Part shown: piece by piece, positions 1 through 11,850 of the stretch
Numbering within the stretch: position 1 is the first letter of the stretch
Layout of the letters: the number at the start of each line of letters is the position of its first letter
Assembly (NCBI RefSeq): GCF_009834535.1
Contig: NC_045696.1
Location: 94,242,001 to 94,306,000, forward strand
Length of the DNA stretch: 64,000 nt
Direction of reading: 5' to 3'
Origin: Camelus ferus
Lineage: Eukaryota
Notes under the pieces: model-generated
What the model saw: the letters and a program-made list of their open reading frames with translations, nothing else
Databases searched by the model: none
Told to the model about the DNA's origin: nothing
Made by a program: the position numbers and the translations under genes

Positions 1-282
1 AGGGGGTTTACTTCTTTCTCTGCAGCTGGTGATCTCAAGCCTCTTAAAATGTACATGATGCCAAAGCTGCAAAGCTGTGTTTCACAGCAGGTTGGAAATA
101 GAGCCCTACAATATGTGGCAGAATCCTTACACAGAGATGGAAACCAGGCTGTCTGGGTTCAAATCCTGACTGTGCTCCACTCTAGATAAGCAAAATATTT
201 AAACTTAATTCTAGGATCCTCATCTACAAAGTAAGGGTAACATCATATCCACCACTCAGTGTTGTGGTGAGGATTAAGAGTT

Positions 283-1051
283 AACCCTCCTACACTATTG
301 GTGGGGATGTAACTTGGTGCAGCCACTATGGGAAACAGTATGGAGATTCCTTAAAAAAATAAAAATAAAGTTACTATATGTTCCAGCAATCTCACTCCAG
401 GGCATATATCCAGAGAAGACTCTAATTTGAAAAGATACATGCACCCCAATATTCATAGCAGCACTATTTACAATAGTCAAGACACAGACACAACCTAAAT
501 GTCCATCAACAGATGACTGGATAAGAAGATGTGGTGTTCACACAGACACACACACACACACACACACACACAGTGGGATACTACTCAAGCCACAAAAAAG
601 AATGAAATAATGTCATTTGTAGCAACATGGATAGACCTAGAGATTATCATATTAAGTGGAGTAAGTCAGACAGAGAAAGACAAATATCATATACCACTTA
701 TATGTAGAATCTAAAAAAAATGATACAAGTGAATTTATTTACAAAACAGAAACAGACTTAAGGACATACAAAACAAACTTATGGTTACCAAAGGGGAAGA
801 GGGGAGGGATAAATTAGGACTGTGGGATTAGCAGATACAAACTACCATATATAAAATAAATAAACAACAAGATCCTACAGTATAGCAGAGGGAAACTACA
901 CTCAATATCTGCTAATAACTTATGATGAAAAAGAGTATAAAAAAATACATATATAACTGAATCAGTGTGCTGTACACCAGAAAATAACACAACATTGTAA
1001 ATCAAATATACTTCAATGAAAAAAAAGACAACTGCAAAAAAAAAAAAAAAA
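283..1051 (+). mobile_element. 5'-truncated LINE-1 (ORF2 C-terminus + 3'UTR + poly(A)), lineage-specific type
   Basis: aaccctcctacactattggtgggg...gcagccactatgg, KKNEIMSFVATWIDLEIIILS (ORF2 end in track ORF 529-714), A-tail at ~1036-1051. Confidence 0.92.
539..572. repeat. (CA)n microsatellite inside L1
   Basis: cacacagacacacacacacacacacacacacaca. Confidence 0.95.
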
Positions 1052-1759
1052 GAACATATATGTTTAGAACTGAACCTGGATATATGGGAAGCATTTTAAT
1101 TAATGTTACATTACTACTATTATAATTGTATTGTTGTTGCTGTTAGTCTTAATTGTATGATTAGGATTGGGCTTATGCACATATAATACGAAGAGTTGCA
1201 TCTATGACGTAATATCCTGATTACTAAGATGACCCTTTTCCCTGACAATTAAACTCCTTTTCCAGATGTTTGAAATTACACATTAACAACTTGTCCCTAT
1301 TAGGACTGTGGAAATGGGGCACAGTCACAGAGGGCCTTGAGTGACCAAAAATTATGCCAATTTTCCATTGTCCTTGGATCAGACAATGAAGACCATCCAG
1401 GTTGGTGGTCAATCATCCCAGTAGGTAGACAGACTATAGGTGAGGGATGTGGTCATCTGTAGATCATGGGCAGCAAGCAACTCATGCCAGGGAGGTTTGG
1501 CATCACATATCAATGGCCTAGTCACAGAGACCAAGGTCAAGAGCAGCAGTCTCACCTGTAGAGAGTCTGGGGAGGCCTGCAATGAATAACAGCACAATGG
1601 ACAGGGATAGGATCTCATTGGTGGATTATGTACAAGTCAGCATCCTCGTCACCCAGAAGAAGGCAATGATCCTTCCTAGCAGAAATGACAGAAAACTGCT
1701 CCTATGGCTCTTTGCCCACTCTGTTTTACTTTGAGCTGGGCACTGGTTGTTTTGGCCAC

Positions 1760-2235
1760 ACAGCGTCTGTAAGTTATGATAATTATACCTGATTTTACTT
1801 TGGGGAAATCAGCCCTCTCCACCCAGCCCATGTGCTCTGGGTCATGCTTTTCTCAATTTCTCAGACTGGAGAAGCTGACCTAAACTAAATCAGTCAGTAT
1901 ATTCCATCCCCCAAACACAGTGATGGGGCGGGCACATCACTCAAACCATCTTATGAGAGCCAACGAGACTTAAACCCAGAGCTTTATGTTATCAAGAAGC
2001 CAGATTATTTCTTCTGGTTTGAAGCGTGGTGCTGATATGATCCTGAATCTTCTTGGGATCACACATGGAGCCCGAAAATGGAGTCCACTCAAGAAAGCAG
2101 AGGTAAGTCTTGGGTAGATCCCTTTTTCAAAAGTCTCCAGAACTTTTGCTTACACGAGCCAGTATGCTATCTTTTGCTTAATCCCATTTGGGGAACGTTT
2201 ACTGTTTAATTGCAACAACAAAAAATCTAAAACGA
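1760..2235 (+). mobile_element. Old MaLR LTR (MLT1J/K/L-like), degenerate
   Basis: ...gcttacacgagccagta...ttttgcttaatcccatttggg...tactgtttaattgcaacaacaaaaaatctaa resembles the MLT1 3' end. Confidence 0.5.
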
Positions 2236-2284
2236 TACACACTTACCTTGTCAACTTACGATTTTTCAACAAATCTATCTTTCC

Positions 2285-2420
2285 TCTGGAACTCTGAGCT
2301 CACATGGGGAAAGACTGTTTCAGTCACCTTTCTATTAATATGTCCTGTCAAGTAACTGATGTAGAGTAGGTGCTCAATATTCATTTATTGATTGAGTAAG
2401 TGGGTAAATGAATGAATGAG
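2285..2420 (+). mobile_element. L2 3' end
   Basis: gtagagtaggtgctcaatattcatttattgattgag...aatgaatgaatga terminal motif. Confidence 0.7.
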
Positions 2421-2454
2421 CACAGCTAACTGGCTTTATCACCAAGGGTCTAGG

Positions 2455-2565
2455 GAAGAGGTTGGCAGACTTTGACTTATGAGTCATATCAGGCCCACAG
2501 CTTGTTTTTATAAATAAAGTTTTATTGGAACACAGCCATTTCCACTCATTGGCATGTTGTCTAGG
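2455..2565. mobile_element. MER58A-like hAT-Charlie fragment
   Basis: gttggcagact...gtttttataaataaagttttattggaacacagccat...cactcatt. Confidence 0.6.
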
Positions 2566-4807
2566 TGGAGGGGGAGTGCATAGGTGGGGAAGTATGTGTC
2601 TTGGGGGAGGGGGTTTGGGAGGAATGTTTAAAAGAAGAAAGAGTGAAGATAAGAGAGATAAGGTTACTGGAGACCAACTTCTTCTCCTCTACAATACTGC
2701 TTCAGGCTGATCCACTCTCCTAAAAGTCAAATAGTTTGGTTTTGGAAGGCCATCAATATCTGTCCTCTTAGCACACTGCGTGCAATTTTCTATGAAGCAT
2801 AGAGGACAAATAAGAAAAAATTTAGAGAACAGTATTTCTAATTCTATTAGGTCAATGGACAAATTGTACTGATAAAATGGAAGGAGTATTTTGTGCCAAT
2901 TTATAAAAACAAGGATATGATAAAAATGTATTCAGAAAAAAAGGAACATACCGTTCCAAAAACAAGAGTTTCTATTAAAAATTTTTAAAACACTGTCTCT
3001 AGAATTCTAGGAATACAAGTTTATAAAAAAATCTCTTCTACCTGAATTCTGAATGTCTTCCCATCTCAACTAATAGAGATCTTATAAAATGAACACGCTT
3101 TAGTATTATCAGGATACAAGATGTGAGCAAAAAAAGGGAATAAGTAACTATTAGAAATCAACATCTACAAAAATGTAAAACTGAAGGAAAAAAGAGCTGC
3201 CATTTTTGTTCTCTTTAGATTTGTCAGAGAAACTAGGTTGAAATAGCTTGGGGGACCAGTTTCAGTCGAATAGTTTAAATTTGTTTAACCTTTTAGTCTG
3301 TTAGCAAAATATATACAGTGTGCAAAATCCACAGAGTTGCTTCTGCTACCAGAATTAGCTACAAGAGGGTTTGATTTTTCAGCACTGGTTTGTTGTTTTT
3401 GTTTTTTTACATTTTGTACGCTAATGTGCCCTTTATTTTTCCCAATTTTCACTGACAGAGGAATACATTTGTTTTAGAAGAGACTTAGCATAACTTGAAA
3501 TCTCTCTGAAATAATTTTCCCAAATTAGCTAATTTAGGGAGAGATGTGAAGGGTATATTACATCTACTTCCAAGACGATTACTTTACTAAAAAGCAAATT
3601 AAAGCTGATCAAATTTAAGTTTATTGCTTAATTGTTTTTTTAGTCATGTTTGTTCCATTTTGTATATAACAAAGGATGAAAATTCTGCCTTAGGCTTTAA
3701 ATCATCTCAGGTTGAATGTTTTTGCTTATAAACAGCAAAATAAATAAATAAATAAATAAACCTAATTGTAGGAATGCCTGCAGTAGCTTTTCAGACAATC
3801 CTAACCATCAGGAATACAATTGAAAACTAAAAATAATAATAAAAATTATAATAGCAAAGTGCATTACCTGCAATGTGTACAATGGGGCTAGTATCCAGAA
3901 TTTTATAAAGAAATCCTACTCCATTATCACTCAGCTGGGTGACAGGCATCATCGCATTGATACTAATTCTTATCCAGTCACTAATTAAGCCCAGCATAAT
4001 ACACAGTGGAGATGTACTCATCGGGAAAATTTTATGTGCACAGATCTGTTCTTTCTGAGATCTTCAGACATATGAATTAGATTTCTATCATAAGGGAACA
4101 AGTTGATTGTCTTCACTGCTCTTCATTGTTAAAATGTAGCATATAATTTCATTAAGTGTGTGAATACCTTTTCTTTCCAGTACTGCTATAAACTAAAAAT
4201 GAAAATAATATTGAATCACAAGTGTGTGGCGGTCCTGAAATACCTTTATGTAGATCACTTTGGAATACACTGGCCTGGGCCATGTAATGTAAGGCTGGCA
4301 GTATGGGCTCAGAGTTAATCTGAGAGGGACACTTCCTATATAATCTGCAATTTGGTGGGTGGGGCGCTTTTCTTTTTAGCCAGATATTTCTTTCTTTTAA
4401 TGTGTTTGCTTGTGCTTTTGTCTATCTAAATTTTTACTCATACCCTCATGCTGGCAACGGTTTGGTGAACATTTGGGATATTCTTCATATAAGCCCAACC
4501 TTGCTCCAATATAGTGTGATGTTTGGCCAAATTTCAGAAGCTCCTTCATGACCTTGTCCCAGATCTGGCTTTCAGTCACACACTACTCTGACTCTCGGTA
4601 CTAAAGCCATTCCAGTCAGACAAGACATGCTCATATCAACAGAGAAAGCCCAATAGCAAACTTATTAATTTTATTAGCAATATCTGTATTCTAAAATCAA
4701 GCTTAACTCAGTATAACTTAATGGACCTAAACAGAATAAAGACTTGTGTGTATGATTTCTCTTTATTAGACACACTTTCCTATAGAGCTATCTGGTCTCC
4801 TACACCA

Positions 4808-5412
4808 TGCCCAACAGATAAAGAGAAAAGCAGCCCCTGACCTTCAGGATCTGACCTGGCGTGATCAGCTGGGACTTGGACCTGGTGCTCACACCCAGGT
4901 CTTGGTGTTCTTTTGCTGAACATAAGCAATGCCAGAGAACATCAACATCAGACCACGCCATTCTGTGACTATGACGGATGAAGAGAAAAAACAAGACTGC
5001 TCTCTAACCATGCCTAAATGCAGGCAAAATGGGAACACGGTCCTAACCACAAAGACAACAAACACCACTTCTTCTAGCTAACATGAGTGACTGCTGCTTC
5101 TTTATCAATCACGGCTTTAGCCTCACTTTAGTTTGCCCTCCCTGTAGGTAAGATTTATGGTAATATCTAACTGTAAAATTGTTCCCACATTTTGGAAAAC
5201 CTGGTCAGGAGTGAATGCTCACTACCTTGCATTAGTTCCCAAATTACCCAACCAAAGCCAACATCATATAATAAATTCTTCCTAACGCTCTCTTCCTAAG
5301 ATGCCCCATTAGTTTTCATGGTGAGCATTCTGCCTTGTTGCAACAAGTAACATACTCACTTGTTCAACTACAAGTGTCTTCCTGTGGTCTTTGACTGGAA
5401 ATGACATTGACA
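4808..5412 (+). mobile_element. Old ERV solo LTR, family unassigned
   Basis: ~600 bp with LTR-like composition ending ...gtggtctttgactggaaatgacattgaCA; contains tataataaa (~5268); no clean TSD. Confidence 0.5.
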
Positions 5413-7339
5413 CAATGCAGTTTCTCCAGCCTGGTGATTCAGAATCTTTACTCACTATGCCTGATCTCTTTCTTGCCCTTATTATTTTATCTACACTTGA
5501 TGCTAGCAGTACCTTAGGCCTACATCATCTCTTAAATCAGCCATCTGCTTTGATTTGTCTCCAGGCTGCCTCCACCTATATCCAACTCTTGCTGTCTCTT
5601 TTACTAAAACCCTAGACTACCAGAGTGACTGCCTTTTGCTTTTCTATATATGTCAGATTCCTTAGTAAAGTTGGTTAAATGCAGATTATTTCCATGAATA
5701 GTAAGATTAGACTACTAAACTCTTTCTCACCTCTCATATTGGATATGTCTCTGAGCTTCATTTAATTGTACCCACGAAGACACATACTCTCAGGGTAAAA
5801 ACTAATCAAAATAAAGAAGGCCAAATGGTATTTGTGCTTTCAAGTGGTGAAGATGGAGAAATTTCATTTGGAACTTGTAGACAGCTATGTGGAAAGAGCC
5901 TGATCTTATTATTTTAGTGCAAACTCTCCACTCACAATGATTGAGATTTAATCCGTCCTATTTGGCTCATATTTATTTACAAATGTTCGTTAACTTGATA
6001 CTCTTATCTTAAAATTTGATGTTCCAGTAAGAACTGCTGTAGAAGAAAGGGATGTATGTCATGCATGAATGCACTATGAAATTACTGCTCTCAGTAATAT
6101 GTAAGCCCTCATTTGTAGATTGCTAAATTTTTAAAAAATGGGGGTAAAGTAGAAGGAGGACTGGAAAAGGAAAGGAAACATGTTTTCTCGTCCCAACTCT
6201 ATCACTGAGTTGATTAAATGGCTCCAATCTTCAGTTTTTCTAATCTTTCAAATGAGATAATTTGTCAAGATTTCTAAAATGCTATAATTTTATTTAACAA
6301 ACATTTCATAAACATAAAGTGGGCTACTCTCAGTCATGTACAAGTGTTCAAGAATCATACAACTAACTATTCAGAAGAACTAGGTTAATTAATGGCATAC
6401 ATTTCTCTCAATTTACTCCTCTATGACTCAATGTTTGGTAAATGTTCTTTTGGTAATTTCCAGAAAACAGGAAACTGGGACATTTTAAGGATTTGCTTAA
6501 AGTCCAAATGACAGAATAGTGTTTACAATTAGATGTCTTATTTCCCAGTCTACTTTTTTTTTTTATCAGCCATACATAGATATTCTGTCATCCTTAAAAT
6601 TTGTATTTTAAGTGTGTGTGGGTTTCTTACCATTATGTGTTTCTATGGAAAACAGTATTATGCTTCTGGGAAATTTACCATAGTTAAAATACAGAATCAA
6701 ATCCAGGGGAATGGTCTAGACTGCCAACATCTGTCATTAAGAGGAGAGTGGAGGAATTGCTCAGAGGACTGGGACAATCAGTTGCCTTGCAAAGCTCTTA
6801 ATAAAGTTCACATAGGCTTCCCACATGATTCAGGATTAAGTTGAGGCACTAAGTATTCCCACAGAATTTTTCTCACTTCAATTAGGATATAAATGAGACA
6901 AGTTGAGTCACAGCAAAAATCTTGTCATGTATTCTGTGCCCTTTTCTCTAGGATCGCCTAAAGGCCCAGCTGAGACTGAAGAAAAATTAATTAGATACTA
7001 AAAATTTTAAAACCTAGGGCATTTTGATAAGTTTATTCTTGCTTTCAACAAGAGGAACTGCCCAATTCCTATTGTTTAAATATTTTAAAAGTAAGAATAT
7101 TAAAGTAGACCCCTGGGAAATTAAGTGGATCAACTGAATGAAGTGTTGTATATCCTGTCATCCTCCTGCTTTCCTCTGAAATTAATTGTTGAATTTTCTA
7201 TCACAACATCCTTGTAGAAGTGTGCACGGGAAGGAGAAACGGTAAGAGAAGCAAAAGTAAAAGGAACAGAAAGAGAGAAGATATAACTTATGAATTCAGG
7301 ACTGAAATATGAAATATTAGGATAACAGAATTCTACAAG

Positions 7340-8840
7340 CAACACTATAAACTTGAATTTGACAACTTATGAAAATGGACCAAGGTCTCAAAGAACACAA
7401 ACCACCACAACTCACTCTATAAAATCCATAATTTGTTTAACTCCATAACTAATAGGGAAATTGAGTTCATCAATTAAAAACTTCCCATAACAAAATCTAC
7501 AGGCCCAGATGGTTTCTGGAGAGAATGGTATCAAATGTTTAATGAATAATTAACACCTAATTCTACACAACCTCTTCCTAAAATTACAACAAGACATAGC
7601 ACTTTTCAAATCAATTTATAAAATATAGATTACCCTGTATCAAAACCAGATGAAGATGGTGCAAAAATGAAAACTATACACTGAATATTCTCATGAATCT
7701 AGATGTAAAACTCCTTAACAAAATGTTAGCAAATAGAATTCAGCAATCTATAAAAAAAATTCTGCATCACAACCAGGTGGAGCTAACTACAGGGATGCAA
7801 GGTTGTTTCTATATTTGAAAACCAAATAATGCATTCTATCACATTAACAGACTAAAGAAGAAAAAAATCACCTAATCATATCAACTGATGCAGAAAATAC
7901 ATATGGCAAAATTCAACATCCATTCGTGGTAAAAATAGGTAATAAGTAAGACAGAAATGCACATATAAGTTCAGAAAGGAAATGTGCAAGAATGTCCATA
8001 GCAGCATTATCTGCAATATCCCCAAAGTGGAAACTACCCAGATGCTTTTCAATAGTCGAATAAATAAATTGTGGTACATTCACTTAAAACAGGAGTTGGC
8101 CAACTTTTTCTATAAAGGGTGAGATAGTAAATATTTTAGGTTCTGTAGTCAATACAGTCTCTGTTACAACTTTTCAACAGTTGCCAGTGTAGCCTGAAAA
8201 GAGCCACGGACAATACATAAACAAATGGATGAGCAATAAAACTTTAATTGGCACTAAAACTTGAATTTCATAAAAATTTTCACATATCCTGAAATAACGT
8301 TCTTCTTTTGATTTTTTTCAATCATTTAAAAATGTAAAAACCATTTTTATCTTGTAGGTCATACAAACACAGGTGTGAGTCAGATTTGGTTCATGGCCCA
8401 TATGATGGCCAACCCTTGAGGTAGAAAAATAACAGAGAAATGAGAACGAAAGAGACTACAATTACATGCAAAAACATGGAAGAGTATAAAAAACATAATG
8501 TTGAGTGAATGAAGTTGGACACAAAATAATGCATACCATATAATTCCATCTATATGATTATATTCATAGAATTCATATTCATTCATATATATAAATATAA
8601 TGTATTATATATATTCAAAAGTAGGCAAAATTAATTTATGATGTCAGAAGTTGGAAAAGTGGTTACATTTGACTGAGGTGATTTAAAGCGGGCATGAGTG
8701 GGGCTTTGGGGATCCTGGTGATGAATCTTGGTATAGGTGCTGGTTATCAGGGTATGATCGCTTTGCAAAACTTTATTGCACTGTGCCTTATGATTTATGT
8801 ACTATTCTGATTATTATTCTTTAATAAAAGTTCAAAACTG
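7340..8840 (+). mobile_element. Old L1 fragments: ORF2 (pre-RT/RT start) ~7340-7935 joined to a 3' end ~7960-8840, interrupted by MER58B
   Basis: caggcccagatggtttc, ccttaacaaaatgttagcaaatagaattcagcaa, gatgcagaaaa...caaaattcaacatccattc; 3'UTR ending ttaataaaagttc. Confidence 0.85.
8090..8418 (+). mobile_element. MER58B-like hAT-Charlie MITE nested in L1
   Basis: TIRs caggagttggccaac...ggccaacccttg; internal gatagtaaatattttagg. Confidence 0.8.
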
Positions 8841-8841
8841 T

Positions 8842-9399
8842 TTATAATTTTAAATTTCCCAGTGTCACTTTAAATCTTTTTATCTGGAGAAAATGTTTTC
8901 CCCTTTCACTGGGTAAAAACTCTTGACAACCATGAGATTTTCTAGTCTCTCTCAGGTAATAGATGGTCTTGTGCAAATTATAGCTTTGATCTGGAAACTG
9001 TAATATATTAATCACACATCCGTCTTTGTTCAAGCTTCTCTCATCCCTGTCCTGAAGTGTACAGTCTGTAGAAAATTGCTACCTGATTTCAGGCACTAGA
9101 GCGTTTCATTTCTCCCCTTTTCCTCACTTGCCAGTAATTCTTAAAGACCACGTGGGTTGGCACAGAGAGGGAAGAGAGAATGGAACAGAAAGTTCTGATT
9201 GGATTGGTATTGTTGAAATACACTTTGGCTTTGTGGAATTGTTGGAAAAACTGACCTTTCTTTCACATGTACCTTTGATGGAGTTTTTAAATCCCTCCTA
9301 CTAAGACACTCCAACTGCAACTCAGCTGATCTTGATATATTCTGTTTCTTTGGCAGATGCATTACCTTCATTCTCTGGTTCTCCCACTGTCCTTTCCAT
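8842..9399 (-). CDS. Candidate spliced small ORF, 85 aa (coding exons 9399-9366 and 9065-8842), no recognised homology
   Basis: ATG at 9399, donor AAG|GTAATG, acceptor ttttctacag|, phase 1 matches the open frame to TAA at 8844-8842; AATAAA on minus at 8777-8772. Confidence 0.25.
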
Positions 9400-10189
9400 G
9401 TAGACTTTTTCTGCTGGAGTCCTACAAGACAGGTAGGTAGTCTTATTAGGAAGAAGTCAAATAGCTCCAGGCTGCCTCTCTCCCCGACCCGGCCTACACA
9501 TGGTTCACAACAAACACTAGTGAATATTTTGTTCAAAGTCATACTAAAAGCACAGGCAAACCCAAATATTACCTCCCCTTCACTCTGCACTCTGCTTGGC
9601 AGTCCGTCTGTCTCACTGTCCTGTCTGGCAGAAGTCAGATGCCAGTCCACTATCTTTCTCAAATTCTAGAAGAGTTGTCAAACTCACAGAGTGGTTCTGG
9701 TACTACACAGATCTCCAGGCTTGAGGAAAGGAGAGCTATATCCATCCTAACTCATGTGTGTGAGTTTGTGTGTGTGTGGTGGTGTACGTGGGGTAAGCGG
9801 GGAACTCATATATGGCATCAGTTCTCTCCACAGAAATACCCTTACACATCTTCAGAACTCCACAATTCCTGACCCTTTCTATATCCTTTCGATGGTAAGG
9901 AATTTCTAAAATTGTGCAACCATTTCCTAAACATTCCCTTTGAAAATCTACATTTTGGGTTATTTCATAACGCATCTGGTGCCACATTTAAAACCAGCAA
10001 TTTAACTTGCAATTACATTAAACTTTCTGTTATGAAAGGAAAGCGGAGCTCAGAGAGGGAATTCACTCCTAGTTTTAGAAAGGATTTAAGACAATTCAGT
10101 TCTCAAATTGATTTCTAGAAATATTACATCAAATTAAATTTTCAAGAATATTTGAGAATTCCCAACTCACTTCAAGAATATTATTACTA

Positions 10190-10372
10190 GGAGGGAGGGT
10201 ATACCTCAGTGGTAGAGTGCGTGCTTAGCATGCATGAGGTCCTGGGTTCAATCCTCAGTACCTCCATTAAAAAAGTAAGTAAGTAAGTAAAATAAGTAAG
10301 TAAAAAAATAGATAAATAAATAAATAAATAAACCAAATTATCTCTGCCCTAAAAAAATTAGAAAAAAAAATC
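10190..10372 (+). mobile_element. Camelid tRNA-derived SINE (Vic-1-like)
   Basis: gggagggtatacctcagtggtagagtgcgtgcttagcatgcatgaggtcctgggttcaatcctcagtacctcca (A and B boxes), (AAGT)n/(AAAT)n tail, aaaccaaattatctc motif, A tail. Confidence 0.9.
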
Positions 10373-11277
10373 TAAGCAAACTATTATTTTTAACACTCTA
10401 ATTTGATGGGTAAAAAAATGAATGATTATTTCAGGAAAATTACTTTATTACAACATTGTATACATTTTCTATACTGCTAATAATCTTCTCAACATCATAC
10501 TCATTAAATACTCTTAAGCTCTATTACTGTTATCCACTTAACCATATCTGTTATCTTTCTCAAATGGGATCACTGTTATTGCTTCTGTCCCGACTATAAC
10601 TTTCTTGACCTTTCCTACATGCTTCCAGTTAGGTTTCAGCCCAATATATTATTTTCTCCTTCTTCTAATTTATATTGTTTTTGTGGTACAGTAGTGTTTT
10701 GCCCTTAATGGACTGACTTAGCTCTGCATTATTAATCACATTCTGTTGGTGTAATGTCTCATTTAGTTTCATTGATTTAATTCCCTTTTAAATTTCTTCT
10801 GTATACAAAACAAATGTTATGAAATATTTTCTTCTTTTCCCCATATTGAACTTCTTCTCTGTCTTACATAATTGAGAGTCTTTCCCCCCTTTCTCTTCAT
10901 CCAAAATTTCACCTAGTCATCGTGTTATTTCTTTTCATTCTATCATACAGGATCAATTCTATCCAAACCTTCCATTTGCCCAGGTATAAAATGGATAACT
11001 TGTTCTAGACTCTCATTTCCTTATCTGGGGTCTACTGGTATTTCTCTCAAAGCATCTAGTGTCGCATGTTCTCACATCTTGTCTGTTACATAAGAGTATG
11101 GGGGACTAGGATTCAATTAGGGATGTGGGCAACAGTTGTGGGTAGAACAGGTTTCTAATTTTTTTTCATAATTGTGTTAAAAATCTTGTAGTGGCATTCT
11201 ACTATTCAAGTGCCTCTCATATTTCTGAAGGGGTACTATATCATTCAAATTTCAACCAGAGAAATATAAACACTAAG

Positions 11278-11850
11278 ATATATATATATATATACACACA
11301 CATACACATTTACACATATACACAGATATATTTTTGGGATTTCGCCTTATGTAGGTAGCTGGTTATTCTCTGCAAAGCTATTTTCTTCACATATGAAGCT
11401 GCAGCTTAGAGTCTTCAGAGCAAGCAGTTGGGAAGGGAAGATAAGTGTAAAATAGGGGGAGACCGAGAGCAAACTAGAACTCAAAAGCATAAGCTGGAAC
11501 TCCACAAGAAAGGGCTGAAACCCATGCCAGTTCTTGTTGGCCCTAGTGTGGGTGACATGGGTGTCTTGCAGAAGCCAGGTCCTTCCTCACAGAACTAAAC
11601 ACACATATATGGCCCAGGAGTCAGAGAAACAGAAGGAGAAGGCATGGAAAGACAGAACAGTTGCAAGCTCAGCTGGGTTTCACACCAACAAGATGAGTCA
11701 ACCAATCAGCAACAACATGTCTGAGCTACAAAATGGTGGCTGCTTTCTTTCTGCCTTCTAAATCTCCCAAGAATCTGTCTCATGGACAATCCTAACTGGA
11801 AACATAAAGCAGGGGATTCTGGGAAATATAGTGCAACCTAGCCAAGTGAA
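11278..11850 (-). mobile_element. MLT2-family-like (ERVL) LTR with (TA)n(CA)n at its left end
   Basis: gattctgggaaatatagtgcaacctagccaagtga end; TA/CA microsatellite at 11278-11325. Confidence 0.5.

Larger units (their letters stand above)
128..1110 (+). mobile_element. MIR SINE split in two (~128-282 and ~1052-1110) by a younger L1 3' fragment
   Basis: ctgggttcaaatcctgactgtgctccact...catctacaaagtaagggtaa...gttgtggtgaggattaa, then after the L1 tail ttagaactgaacctgg...aagcattttaattaatgttac, matches the MIR core and 3' end. Confidence 0.65.

Noticed and set aside
2563..2622. G-rich tract, possible G-quadruplex
   Set aside because: Long irregular loops and no functional context
3737..3768. (AAAT)n followed by aaacctaatt resembling the SINE tail
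   Set aside because: No head, no A tail, no TSD; treated as a simple repeat
9141..9662. Longest track ORF (173 aa, minus)
   Set aside because: Non-ATG start, no recognisable domain, and it reads through segments bounded by good splice sites; a spliced model in another frame fits better
10191..10266. Functional tRNA gene
   Set aside because: Followed by the SINE-specific simple-repeat tail and repeated in diverged copies with TSDs; it is a SINE head
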